From Nitrosopumilus sp. (GTDB taxonomy: Archaea; Thermoproteota; Nitrososphaeria; Nitrososphaerales; Nitrosopumilaceae), in NCBI GenBank assembly GCA_965205425.1, contig CBDBGZ010000009.1, forward strand, positions 1 to 64,000: 64,000 nt of DNA, read 5' to 3'. This document shows positions 9,891 to 18,804 of the stretch, piece by piece. The notes under the pieces are model-generated. The model worked only from the letters and a program-made list of their open reading frames with translations. It was not told the origin of the DNA and did no database searches. The position numbers were made by a program, and so were the translations under genes. Within the stretch, counting starts at the first letter, position 1. Every line of letters starts with the position of its first letter.

Positions 9891-10952
9891 TCACACTAAT
9901 TTTACAAGGGTCATAAAAACACGTCTAGCCATCATAGGAGGAACAGCATTTCCAACTTGTGTGTATTGAGGACATTGATGTATTCTTCTTGGTCCTCCTG
10001 TAGTCCTAGGCCCAGAAAATACAAAGGTGTCTGGAAATGACTGAAGTCTGGCCATCTCACGTACTGTTGGTATTCTGTTTTTTTGATAATGGATAAAATC
10101 TTCAGGTAATGTTGTGACTGTTCTGCTTTGCTTTTTGGGATCAAGTCTATAACAGTCTCTCTTATTAGTCTCTTTTTTGGCAATAATGCTTCTAATATTT
10201 ATCCCTGAAGGAATTCTTGCAAACCTATTCTGGACCTTTTGGGAATGGTTTGCTGCTTCGTGATTACAAAGTCTTTTTGAATTTTTTCTCATAGTTTTTT
10301 GGTATTGTGATTTTGGCTTCATTTTATAAGAATCAGATTTTTCTCCAACCTGAAGAAAACATAAATCTGATAATGCATCTTTTACTGTAACTTGTTTGGC
10401 TTTCCCAATACGGGGAAACAACATTTCATATCCGATCTCTTTTTTTGTACCAATTATGAATACTCGGTTTCTATTTTGAGGTATTCCAAACTCTGCAGCA
10501 GATAAAACCTTATGATGAACATTATACCCAATTTGCAAAAAATATTTTTTTATTTTCTTTATTACATTTCCTTCTTCCATACTTAGAAGACCACTGACAT
10601 TTTCCATGACAAAAAATTTCGGTTCAAATGTATTGACAAATTTTAGTAATTGTCTAAAGAGTTTGTTTCGTGGATCATTAGGATTTCTTTTTCCCGATGT
10701 AGAAAAACCCTGACAAGGGGTGCCTGCAACTATAAGATCCACATGTTTTCTACCAATTCTTTTTTGTACATCATTAGGATTGATTTTTGTAACATCCCCA
10801 CATTCAACGATTTTGGCATTTAGATTCATTTTGTACGTGTTAGTTGCATCCTTGTTGATGTCATTTGCATATAGTATGTCAAATCCTGCATTTTCCAGCC
10901 CTAATCCCATTCCTCCACAACCCGAAAATAACTCAATTGCAGTCGGTCTCAT
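9891..10952 (-). CDS. dcm: DNA (cytosine-5) methyltransferase
   Basis: ELFSGCGG, GTPCQGFS, ENV, QNRNR, REMARLQSFPD, QVGNAVPP. Confidence 0.95.
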   Translation of the reverse strand: MRPTAIELFSGCGGMGLGLENAGFDILYANDINKDATNTYKMNLNAKIVECGDVTKINPNDVQKRIGRKHVDLIVAGTPCQGFSTSGKRNPNDPRNKLFRQLLKFVNTFEPKFFVMENVSGLLSMEEGNVIKKIKKYFLQIGYNVHHKVLSAAEFGIPQNRNRVFIIGTKKEIGYEMLFPRIGKAKQVTVKDALSDLCFLQVGEKSDSYKMKPKSQYQKTMRKNSKRLCNHEAANHSQKVQNRFARIPSGINIRSIIAKKETNKRDCYRLDPKKQSRTVTTLPEDFIHYQKNRIPTVREMARLQSFPDTFVFSGPRTTGGPRRIHQCPQYTQVGNAVPPMMARRVFMTLVKLV

Positions 10953-11057
10953 GTTAGCCCTAAAAACATCCTGGTTTTAAGATTAGCGATTGTTCAGGCT
11001 TACTCACATTAGGCATCTGACCAAAAGGTCTTAAAGGAATAATTTCTGATCGCATAA

Positions 11058-12668
11058 ATGAGCAAAACCATCACACGCTACTATCCAAAAAGTGATGGCA
11101 TTACATCTTCAAAACCTAATTCATGTTACTGTGGGAATGGTGATAATTTTAATAAAATTACAATCTCGGAAAATAATTCTATACGATACATGTGCAAAAA
11201 TTGCAAGAAAAGTTACATCATAAAAAGTCCACAAGTCACTAAAACCCGACTAAAAAAGATGGGGAGTATATTTGACAATATTGTCTTTGGGATGAGTTCA
11301 AGGCAAACATGTCTTAGACTGTTTATTGAGTGGGGAGACATAACAGACCATACAACAATACTCCGATGGTCAAACCAATACTTGCAATATGCGAAAATGT
11401 TCACTGACGATATTTTATGCTGTCTGGAATATGGTAAAGTCTGGGGGATAGATGAGACAATAATTAACATACAAGGAACATGGCATGATGCAGATGCCAC
11501 ATTACTATCTGAAATGCAAAGCATTGAAAAGAAACGAAAAGATGGAGGGTTTCTTGATGACAAAGAGTTTAGAAAAGAATGGGAAAGACTTCGTGCCAGA
11601 GCAGAAAAATCAAAAAGAACATCAAAGAAAAAATATCTTACCGCAGTAATAGATATCAAAACCAGAATTATAATTTCCCATATCATTACAGATTTCAGGC
11701 CTAACAACAAAGAAATCTACAAACTAGTCAAAACTGCAATTGTTGTTGCAGGATTCCCAACTAATATAATCACCGATTGTTACAAGGCATACAAGCCAGC
11801 AATGAATCAAATTACAAAAGATATTAAAAATCACAATAGCTCAAAATTAAACCACATCCTGATTCGTTCAAAAGACCAATCAACCCTACACCTTAAACCT
11901 CAAAAATCAAAAGATGATACGCCAAGACACAACAATAACATCGAAAGTACTTGGGCCAAAATAAAGAGAAACATGCATGTTTTGTCTAACTACAAATACA
12001 ATTCAGACAGCATAATTCATTACAACATTATAAATTATAATTTCATTAGACCGCATTCATCGCTAGATAAAATTACAGTATCAAGGCACGCTGTCAGAAA
12101 CAAGATAAACATGACTCCTGCAATGGATGGAGGATATCCCCAATGGTTTGCAAGCTTTGAGGAATTATTATCAGAATCTTGGGGATATGACAAGTCATTT
12201 GTGTTCAAATTAGGCTCAAAACTAATGGAAATGATTCGCATTGGAATCAGAAACAAAAAGACAGTAGTGATATCTGCAAAAGAAAAGATTCCAAAAAGCA
12301 AGATTGCAGAACTTGACAGAATTCTTCAGGTTGAATGTGGATTTACAAACACCAAGAAAAATGAATGGAAGAAAGACATGCCATCTATACTCAACATGAA
12401 CAGAAGAAGAGAAGAGAATATGGGCAGTGTGATGCCCGAACAAACATTTGAGGTCTGCAACAGATGTGGCATAACTGCAATCACAACTCAGACAGTATCA
12501 GAGATTATCGGATATAGAAAGACAAATGGCAGAATCATCACTCAACCCAACTGTCACAAATGCAGAGCCAAAATATCAAAGAATCCAACTAGAAAAACAG
12601 GACCTAACAAAAAGAAGATGATTAAGAGTTCATTGTTAGTTAGTAATTCTGAGACCAAATTATCCTAA
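11058..12668 (+). CDS. IS6-like DDE transposase with N- and C-terminal Zn fingers
   Basis: CYCG..CKNC, HTTILRW, WGIDET / ITDCY / IESTW, NFIRPH..MTPA, C-terminal CNRC..CHKC; stop codon overlaps the inner end repeat. Confidence 0.82.
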   Translation: MSKTITRYYPKSDGITSSKPNSCYCGNGDNFNKITISENNSIRYMCKNCKKSYIIKSPQVTKTRLKKMGSIFDNIVFGMSSRQTCLRLFIEWGDITDHTTILRWSNQYLQYAKMFTDDILCCLEYGKVWGIDETIINIQGTWHDADATLLSEMQSIEKKRKDGGFLDDKEFRKEWERLRARAEKSKRTSKKKYLTAVIDIKTRIIISHIITDFRPNNKEIYKLVKTAIVVAGFPTNIITDCYKAYKPAMNQITKDIKNHNSSKLNHILIRSKDQSTLHLKPQKSKDDTPRHNNNIESTWAKIKRNMHVLSNYKYNSDSIIHYNIINYNFIRPHSSLDKITVSRHAVRNKINMTPAMDGGYPQWFASFEELLSESWGYDKSFVFKLGSKLMEMIRIGIRNKKTVVISAKEKIPKSKIAELDRILQVECGFTNTKKNEWKKDMPSILNMNRRREENMGSVMPEQTFEVCNRCGITAITTQTVSEIIGYRKTNGRIITQPNCHKCRAKISKNPTRKTGPNKKKMIKSSLLVSNSETKLS

Positions 12669-12813
12669 GATCACCAAAATGCACCAGCAGGGTCTAAAGA
12701 TGATTTCTATTGGAAATTATCCAAGTAGAAATCAGATAATTTAGAGGAATCTAATTTGGAGAAGATCTATATTTCACATTAAATGGTACAGATCACTAGA
12801 ATGCACCAGAACC

Positions 12814-13386
12814 GATAGAACTGTAAAGTATGCAGAGATCGACGGCACTAGAACTTACAAAAAAGACACTATAGATTTTGTTGAAAAAATGCTTCTAGTC
12901 ATGCCAACTGAAAAAATCAAAATAGATTCCTATATTCATAGAGCTTGCTCTTTGAAAGTGTTTGAGCATAAGACACAAACAAGTTATCAAAAATACATTT
13001 ATGATGAATCTTTTGTTATTGCACTAGAAAAATATTGGAAACAAAGAAAATTCCAAAAGAAAAAATATCTTTTTTGGGATGATAACAATACAGTATTTGA
13101 ATTTGAAACTTATGACAAAGTAGTTTATTCTAAAGTTTCTGCTGACAATAAATTTTTACAGAAATTGTTATTGAAAGTTGGATTTACCAAAGAAGATTTT
13201 GGTGCAATGTTTAGAGCTAATTACGCCTTTAGGCATTTTGGTCTTCAGATGTGGTTGGAACTAACTGATTATGATTATGAATTTGTTAGTGAGATGTCTC
13301 ACGATGATGTTGCTACTTTGAAGAACTGGTATGGTAAAAGAAGTTCTGAACACTTTGAGAAACAAGCTAGTGAGGTCGTTGTTTAG
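12814..13386 (+). pseudogene. Proviral tyrosine integrase, 5'-truncated by transposon 2
   Basis: Frame open from the transposon edge (DRTVKYAEIDG...); EHKT, YAFRH, MSH, NWY motifs present; first catalytic Arg region missing. Confidence 0.8.
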
Positions 13387-13809
13387 ATGGTTACTGATGT
13401 TGCAATATTTCGTTTTAGATTAAACCCTGAAGAACGTGAATTTTTACATTCTAAATTTTCAACAGAAACAAGAAACGACTTACAAGATAAAATTAAAGAA
13501 TTTTTACTAAAACCTGAAAGTGTCAAAAATTTAACACTTGCAGAACAACTAAAAGAACAACAATTACTATCTCTCAAATTAAAAAATCAATTATTGCTTG
13601 TTCGGGATTTAAAATATCCAATTTCTAAAGCGTTAGAAATTATGAAAGATCCTGATTCGTTTGAAGCTCCTAAATTAGAAAATTCAAGTGAACCTGCATT
13701 AAACGATAACAAATTCAAAATTAATCCTCACTGTGATGATTGTGGCCATGAACATTATCAAACTGGTATGTTCAACTGTAGAGAATGTAATTGTGGGGTT
13801 AGAGGCTAA
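13387..13809 (+). CDS. Proviral protein with RHH-like N-terminus and C-terminal Zn finger
   Basis: FRFRLNPEEREFL; CDDCGHEH..CRECNC. Confidence 0.6.
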   Translation: MVTDVAIFRFRLNPEEREFLHSKFSTETRNDLQDKIKEFLLKPESVKNLTLAEQLKEQQLLSLKLKNQLLLVRDLKYPISKALEIMKDPDSFEAPKLENSSEPALNDNKFKINPHCDDCGHEHYQTGMFNCRECNCGVRG

Positions 13810-14264
13810 TGAATAGAGCAGTTGAACATTTACAAAATATCGGTGTAAGAGATTATTATCGCACACCTAAAGAATTATTTGATGAAGCTTGTCAAAAATA
13901 CGGACTTGATATTATCTATGATGTAGCTTGTAATTCAGAAAATAAAGTTTGTAGTATTGGAATCACTGAAGAACAAAACTCTTTAAGTTTTAATTGGGAT
14001 AGAGATTTTTTTATGAATCCACCATATTCACAAGTCAAGAAGTTTATGCAAAAGGCCTATACTGAACACTTGAAGCATAATGTAAATGCACTAATTCTTG
14101 TTTATGCAAAAACTGACACTCAATTTTGGCATGACTATGTTGAAAATAAAGCTGAAGTGCATTTTATCAAAGGTCGAATTAAATTTTTAGATGAACACGG
14201 CAATAAGACAAAATACCCTGCCCCTTATGGCTCATGTTGGATAATCTATAGGAGAAAAATCTAA
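13809..14264 (+). CDS. Phage-type N6-adenine DNA methyltransferase (Dam family)
   Basis: YRTPKELFD, DVAC, FMNPPYS, KGRIKF. Confidence 0.9.
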   Translation: MNRAVEHLQNIGVRDYYRTPKELFDEACQKYGLDIIYDVACNSENKVCSIGITEEQNSLSFNWDRDFFMNPPYSQVKKFMQKAYTEHLKHNVNALILVYAKTDTQFWHDYVENKAEVHFIKGRIKFLDEHGNKTKYPAPYGSCWIIYRRKI

Positions 14265-14410
14265 TGGAATGTGATGAATGTACTAAAGGTTTTTTGTTTA
14301 TCCTATTGCGATTGAAAGTAATTAAGAAAGGTTGGATGATAGATTTTGAAACTAAAGATTTTCTAGTTTGTTCAAATCCCTTTTGTGATTTTGAGAGTGA
14401 GGCAGTATGA
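14264..14410 (+). CDS. Small Zn-finger protein (48 aa)
   Basis: Own translation MECDEC...CSNPFC; overlaps both neighbours. Confidence 0.6.
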   Translation: MECDECTKGFLFILLRLKVIKKGWMIDFETKDFLVCSNPFCDFESEAV

Positions 14411-14541
14411 GAAATTACGATAGACATAACTTTTGTGTCAAGTGCGAAATTATCTATCCTAAATCCTACAGTTGTTGCGTTGTATGTAAAAAGCAATTAC
14501 GAACTAAACCTAGATCTAAAAAATTAAAGGTGATTGCTTGA
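14407..14541 (+). CDS. Small Zn-finger protein (44 aa)
   Basis: Own translation MRNYDRHNFCVKCE..CCVVCKKQLRTKPR; ATGA overlap. Confidence 0.65.
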   Translation: MRNYDRHNFCVKCEIIYPKSYSCCVVCKKQLRTKPRSKKLKVIA

Positions 14542-14744
14542 AATACAAAAAATTTTCTAATGTAGGATCTTATTCAAAGTATGATTGGAAGCCAAAAGAT
14601 AACCATTCACTAGATATTTTTATGGAATTTCCTAAAGATCTAACTAGAGAAATTTTAAGATTATTAATTCTAAAGTGTCCTTGTTCAAAATGTACCAACT
14701 CTATGAGAAAATTTTACACTAAATTGATTAGAGGGGGTGATTGA
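14538..14744 (+). CDS. Proviral hypothetical protein
   Basis: ORF in operon, GGTGA RBS, CPCSKC. Confidence 0.55.
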   Translation: MKYKKFSNVGSYSKYDWKPKDNHSLDIFMEFPKDLTREILRLLILKCPCSKCTNSMRKFYTKLIRGGD

Positions 14745-14951
14745 ATGGGACAATATAAAAAACCTACAAAAACTCAATATGTTTCATATGAAACGGGTCA
14801 TGGTGCTGAAGTAGCTTTCGAATCAAAAATGGGAACTTTTGTTAATGTACATGATGCTGATAATACCTTTGAAGTAAAGATAACAAAAAAAGCATTTAAA
14901 GAATTTATAAAAGAAGCAGAAGTTAAGCCTGTTCTTGAACCATATTCTTAA
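14745..14951 (+). CDS. Proviral hypothetical protein
   Basis: ORF preceded by GGGGGTGA RBS. Confidence 0.6.
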   Translation: MGQYKKPTKTQYVSYETGHGAEVAFESKMGTFVNVHDADNTFEVKITKKAFKEFIKEAEVKPVLEPYS

Positions 14952-15057
14952 ATACAAATTTTGTGATAGATATTGGAATTCAGCATTTTCCCGAAATATA
15001 ACACCATGTATTTTGAAAAGCGTAAAGCTGTATGATGTAGTGCTGAATTCCAACTTA

Positions 15058-15083
15058 CTTTTGATCTAATATACTCGATTTTT
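15058..15083 (+). promoter_or_regulatory. Proviral promoter motif, copy 1
   Basis: CTTTTGATCTAATATACTCGATTTTT, identical to 23988-24013; ends 13 nt before the start codon at 15097. Confidence 0.7.
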
Positions 15084-15096
15084 TTAATAATATCAA

Positions 15097-15405
15097 ATGG
15101 GTGGCTCACCAGTGAAGGAATCTGAACAACCTAAATCAAAACGAACTGAATCCTCGCAAGATTTAGGCGGTGGCTCACCTGTTGGATTAATATTTTTAGT
15201 TCTTGCAGTTCTTGGAGCTTTAGCATGGTTTCTTAAATTCAGAAATAAAAAAAATTCCGATAGCCAAAAAAAATCAAATAAAGGGGGCGGTAATGATTCA
15301 CAAAAGGCTCTACCTGTTAAAGGAAATAGTGATGAACCTAAACCCAAAAAAGATCCTGTAGAACCTCACCCTGAAGATGAAATTAAAAAGAGGTTTGCTC
15401 ATTGA
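15097..15405 (+). CDS. Proviral single-TM membrane protein
   Basis: TM segment LIFLVLAVLGALAWFL followed by a basic stretch. Confidence 0.7.
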   Translation: MGGSPVKESEQPKSKRTESSQDLGGGSPVGLIFLVLAVLGALAWFLKFRNKKNSDSQKKSNKGGGNDSQKALPVKGNSDEPKPKKDPVEPHPEDEIKKRFAH

Positions 15406-16229
15406 GTTCCGAAGTTATTCAAAGTCCAGCGGGTAAAGAAAATTCTAAACCATTACCAAAATCAAAAGAATCAAAATCAGAACTTGTTCAAAAAAAGATT
15501 AAAGAAAAATTAGATAACGGCTATGAAGTTAAAGATAAAAATTCTGTTAATGAATTAAAAAAAATGGTTATTGATGATTTAGGCCTCTCTAAAGGTTGGG
15601 GTAGTGATACAAAAAAATTAATTGGCTCTGAATTATCTGCACGAGATATTTCTCTTGCAGATAAGGGATTTAAAGATGAAAATCTTGATGGCATTACTGT
15701 TAATGTTGATAAACCAATGTTACCAGTAATTGATGAATCACAAGAAGTTTCAAAAGGAACTATGCCCGTAATAGATTCAAATTCTAATACCCCTGCTGAA
15801 AATCCTCATGGCACATTACCTCAAACAGATTCTCACCCTGCACTAGAACAAGAAAAAAAAGTTGAACCTTTAACCCCTCAACAAATAGAACTACAAACTA
15901 AATTTTTTAAAAAATGTGGTAATATCGTCGCTGATATTTACATTGGAATGGGTTTAGTTGAAACTGATGATGAAGAAGAAAAGAAAGAACTGGAAAAGCC
16001 TAAACCTATCAAAGAGTTTAGAGCTGAAGTAGATGGATTATGTGAGGAATTTTCGCAATTAATGATTACTTACGGAATGAGATTACCAAAATATTTAGAT
16101 CTTGGAATGTTTGGAGTTGGTGTAGTTGTAACTTTTGGTGTTCCAATTTTGAAAAGAGTTATGTCGGGTGAGAAAAAACCTGATGTTGATTATGATAAAA
16201 AACTTGATGAGGTTGATGTAAAATTATGA
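15402..16229 (+). CDS. Proviral protein with a C-terminal TM segment
   Basis: LGMFGVGVVVTFGVPIL near the C-terminus; upstream of the ATPase. Confidence 0.7.
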   Translation: MSSEVIQSPAGKENSKPLPKSKESKSELVQKKIKEKLDNGYEVKDKNSVNELKKMVIDDLGLSKGWGSDTKKLIGSELSARDISLADKGFKDENLDGITVNVDKPMLPVIDESQEVSKGTMPVIDSNSNTPAENPHGTLPQTDSHPALEQEKKVEPLTPQQIELQTKFFKKCGNIVADIYIGMGLVETDDEEEKKELEKPKPIKEFRAEVDGLCEEFSQLMITYGMRLPKYLDLGMFGVGVVVTFGVPILKRVMSGEKKPDVDYDKKLDEVDVKL

Positions 16230-16459
16230 TGCCCCCAATAAAATTAATGGTTTCATTATTCCAAAATCTAAAACCCATTTTGGAATTATTAAATGACCAT
16301 AAAGGCGTTAAACAAACTTTCGGAAAACCTGATATTATTGAAAAAGAAATTGATGGTGAGAAAATTTTTGTTGTAGTTGAAAAGACTGGATTTGAATCAA
16401 AAAAAGATGCTCAAGCTTACATTGACATTGGCGAAAGATTTCATAGTATGAAGTTTTAG
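16226..16459 (+). CDS. Proviral hypothetical protein
   Basis: ATGA-coupled ORF. Confidence 0.6.
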   Translation: MMPPIKLMVSLFQNLKPILELLNDHKGVKQTFGKPDIIEKEIDGEKIFVVVEKTGFESKKDAQAYIDIGERFHSMKF

Positions 16460-16470
16460 GTGATTATGTT

Positions 16471-16575
16471 ATGAAAGATTATACTTTTTGGGATTTTATT
16501 AAAAAAGATAGATGGATTCATTTCGCTATCGCTGTAGGTCTATCATTAACAGTTCTTGTTTTATGGTATCGGTGA
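16471..16575 (+). CDS. Small TM protein (34 aa)
   Basis: Own translation MKDYTFWDFIKKDRWIHFAIAVGLSLTVLVLWYR; AGGTGA RBS. Confidence 0.55.
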   Translation: MKDYTFWDFIKKDRWIHFAIAVGLSLTVLVLWYR

Positions 16576-16579
16576 TTAA

Positions 16580-16753
16580 ATGTTTGATTGGTTACGTGAT
16601 TACATAAGGGCTTTTAGAACTGGTTGGGCTGTTGCTACATTTACAGGCTATAAAGATAAATGCTGTAAATTGAGAAATATGGAATATAATTGTAATTTAG
16701 GTATTTTTCAATGCAAAACTTGTTTTAGATGTTTTATTAGAAGAGATGGTTAA
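16580..16753 (+). CDS. Small Cys-rich protein (57 aa)
   Basis: Own translation MFDWLRDY...CCK...CKTCFRC; GGTGA RBS. Confidence 0.5.
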   Translation: MFDWLRDYIRAFRTGWAVATFTGYKDKCCKLRNMEYNCNLGIFQCKTCFRCFIRRDG

Positions 16754-16755
16754 CT

Positions 16756-17412
16756 TTGGTTAAAGATTTCAAAAATTTCAAGTATAACCCAAAAAAAGAA
16801 TCTATTGTAATTGCTGGTGAAACTCAAAGTGGAAAATCTGAATGGACTAAAACTTTAGCACATATCAACGCCTTTTCAGGTTACAATGTTTTAGTTGTTG
16901 ATAGGAACTGGATATTTACAAACTTGAATCCAGAAAAAGTTATTCACACAATTTCTGATATCAAGGGTAAAGGTTTGCAGATCCTTCAACCTCAAACTAT
17001 CAGAACAGGTAAAGAGAAACACGATTATATTAATAATGTATGCTATGTTGCACAAAGTTTTTCTAAAAAAGGGAACTTTATTTTAATCATTGATGAGCTG
17101 CAAGACTGGATTGAGCATTTTAATAAGAAAGTTGATGGACTGGACACGTATATTCATACTTGCCATAATTACAACTCTAGCTATATTGTTAATTTCCAAA
17201 GCCCGTCCGAAATTCCAAAATATGTATTTTCTAATGCGATTCATAAATTCTGTCTATACATGGACACGCCAAACAACGTCAAATTTATGAAAAATTATGT
17301 AGGCAATATGATGGATGGTTTTTCAAATGGAACTTTTGCCAAATATGAGGGATTTTACAAACAATCAGGCCAAGCCCCAGAAAAATTTAAGGTGGTAAAA
17401 TTTGGAAAATAA
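16756..17412 (+). CDS. Genome-packaging ATPase (A32/FtsK-HerA superfamily)
   Basis: Walker A IAGETQSGKS, Walker B ILIIDE, FQSP motif; 218 aa; located just upstream of the MCP. Confidence 0.85.
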   Translation: MVKDFKNFKYNPKKESIVIAGETQSGKSEWTKTLAHINAFSGYNVLVVDRNWIFTNLNPEKVIHTISDIKGKGLQILQPQTIRTGKEKHDYINNVCYVAQSFSKKGNFILIIDELQDWIEHFNKKVDGLDTYIHTCHNYNSSYIVNFQSPSEIPKYVFSNAIHKFCLYMDTPNNVKFMKNYVGNMMDGFSNGTFAKYEGFYKQSGQAPEKFKVVKFGK

Positions 17413-17590
17413 AGAGTATATGTGTCCTACTTGTAAAAAGCGATTCTCTAGTGTCGTTAATGTAAATCGCCATATCAAAAAAACAAAATGCAATAAAGGT
17501 CAAGATGTAACAATAAAGGATTATTTTTCAGATCGCCAAATTGAAGAAATCCATAGACAATCTTATGACTTATTTAAACCCCGTGCCTAA
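17402..17590 (+). CDS. C2H2-type Zn-finger protein
   Basis: YMCPTCKKRF....VNRH...C. Confidence 0.7.
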   Translation: MENKEYMCPTCKKRFSSVVNVNRHIKKTKCNKGQDVTIKDYFSDRQIEEIHRQSYDLFKPRA

Positions 17591-17635
17591 AGTGTTACCA
17601 GCTCTATCTATAACGAATAAAACGTTCTGATCGCT

Positions 17636-17743
17636 ATGTTTAGCAAAGGAATGCTCGTAGCAGTCGGCGTAACTATCGTCGGTGTTGTTCTTGCAGTTGC
17701 TTTTGTCCTTCCATATCTCAACAAAAAGGGTATTGGAAATTAG
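17636..17743 (+). CDS. Small virion membrane protein (35 aa)
   Basis: Own translation MFSKGMLVAVGVTIVGVVLAVAFVLPYLNKKGIGN; directly before the MCP. Confidence 0.7.
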   Translation: MFSKGMLVAVGVTIVGVVLAVAFVLPYLNKKGIGN

Positions 17744-17762
17744 ATAAAGGAGCTGTTGATTA

Positions 17763-18755
17763 ATGCCTGTCGAACCGAATGAACGACCTATACCCGAACT
17801 AACCTTGAAAGATAACGAAGCTGAAATTAAGCTAAAGTTACCGCAAGACGGAGCTTATCGTTGGATTCATGGTAGAGTAGTTTTTGATATGACTAATGTT
17901 GGTGTTCCAACATTCAAAACTGGTGATATCATAAATTATATCAAATCTATCGGAATTCAAAGAAATGGTAGGGGTTACAAATACAAACTACCATTAGAGC
18001 ATATTCACCTACTTTCTATCCGTAGAAAAGGTAAAGCTCCTTACAAAAAAGATCCGTCCGTTGTGGCAGGTGCAGCTAATTATGAGGCAGTCGTCGATTT
18101 TGAAATTGATTTTGCTACGTTCCCTCTATCTGATAGAGATACTACAGCATTACTTCAAACAAAGAATCTATCCAGTTTGCACTTGATTGTTCAAACTGGA
18201 GATAAAGATGATATCGCTAGTGCAAACCCACCAACTATCAACAGTGCAAAAATCGAACTTGAAGTTCGTGAGTATTTGGGTATCGGTGATAATGGACGAG
18301 ATATCAATGACGATACACAAGTTCAAATGACGGACTTTATCGAACAAGTCGAAATTGTTAACCTTGAGGCTAACAGAAACGAATTTGATGGTAAAGCCCA
18401 AAGCATACCTCTAGTTGCTGGTGCAGATATCTTAGAACAAGTATTACTTGTAAAAGATAATACAGTTCTAAGTGATGACCGCGTAACTGATATCAAAGTC
18501 AGTAGAGCTAGAGCCGATACTAACTTTCCCAAGAAAGATCTTATCGAAAGAAGTTGGAAACACCTTAATGAGAAAAACATTACGGGTTACAATTTGGATG
18601 CTAGAAAGACTGGACAAGTTATCTTAAACTGGGTTGAAAAGTTAGGCCAATTAGGATTAGTTACACGTGCTACTCAATACGAACTCTTGAGACTGAAGAC
18701 CAACGGGGTTAATGAAGCTCAAGATACAATAGAGATCTATACCCGTTATGTGTAG
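17763..18755 (+). CDS. Double jelly-roll major capsid protein, STIV B345-like
   Basis: 330 aa, beta-rich; segments IKLKLPQDGAYRWIHGRVVFDMTN, INYIKSIGIQRNG, FEIDFATFP and IERSWKHLNEKN resemble the STIV MCP as recalled; AAGGAG RBS; T-rich terminator after. Confidence 0.82.
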   Translation: MPVEPNERPIPELTLKDNEAEIKLKLPQDGAYRWIHGRVVFDMTNVGVPTFKTGDIINYIKSIGIQRNGRGYKYKLPLEHIHLLSIRRKGKAPYKKDPSVVAGAANYEAVVDFEIDFATFPLSDRDTTALLQTKNLSSLHLIVQTGDKDDIASANPPTINSAKIELEVREYLGIGDNGRDINDDTQVQMTDFIEQVEIVNLEANRNEFDGKAQSIPLVAGADILEQVLLVKDNTVLSDDRVTDIKVSRARADTNFPKKDLIERSWKHLNEKNITGYNLDARKTGQVILNWVEKLGQLGLVTRATQYELLRLKTNGVNEAQDTIEIYTRYV

Positions 18756-18763
18756 ATCTCAAA

Positions 18764-18776
18764 ATTTCTTTTTCTG
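18764..18776 (+). terminator. T-rich terminator after the MCP
   Basis: TTTCTTTTTCT tract shortly after the stop codon. Confidence 0.4.
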
Positions 18777-18804
18777 AACATAAAAAAAATGATGTGAAAA
18801 AAAG

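Larger units (their letters stand above)
6531..12813. mobile_element. Cargo transposon 2 (IS6-like transposase plus HK/RR/Dcm cargo)
   Basis: Ends GGTTCTGGTGCATT (6531) and AATGCACCAGAACC (12813) resemble IS6-family GGTTCTG ends; a second inverted repeat pair lies at 6652-6676 and 12668-12692; no TSD seen. Confidence 0.85.

Noticed and set aside
576..12813. Casposon or Tn7-like element (TIRs, cargo, archaeal host)
   Set aside because: No Cas1, PolB or TnsABC motifs; the only transposases are IS6-like DDE enzymes
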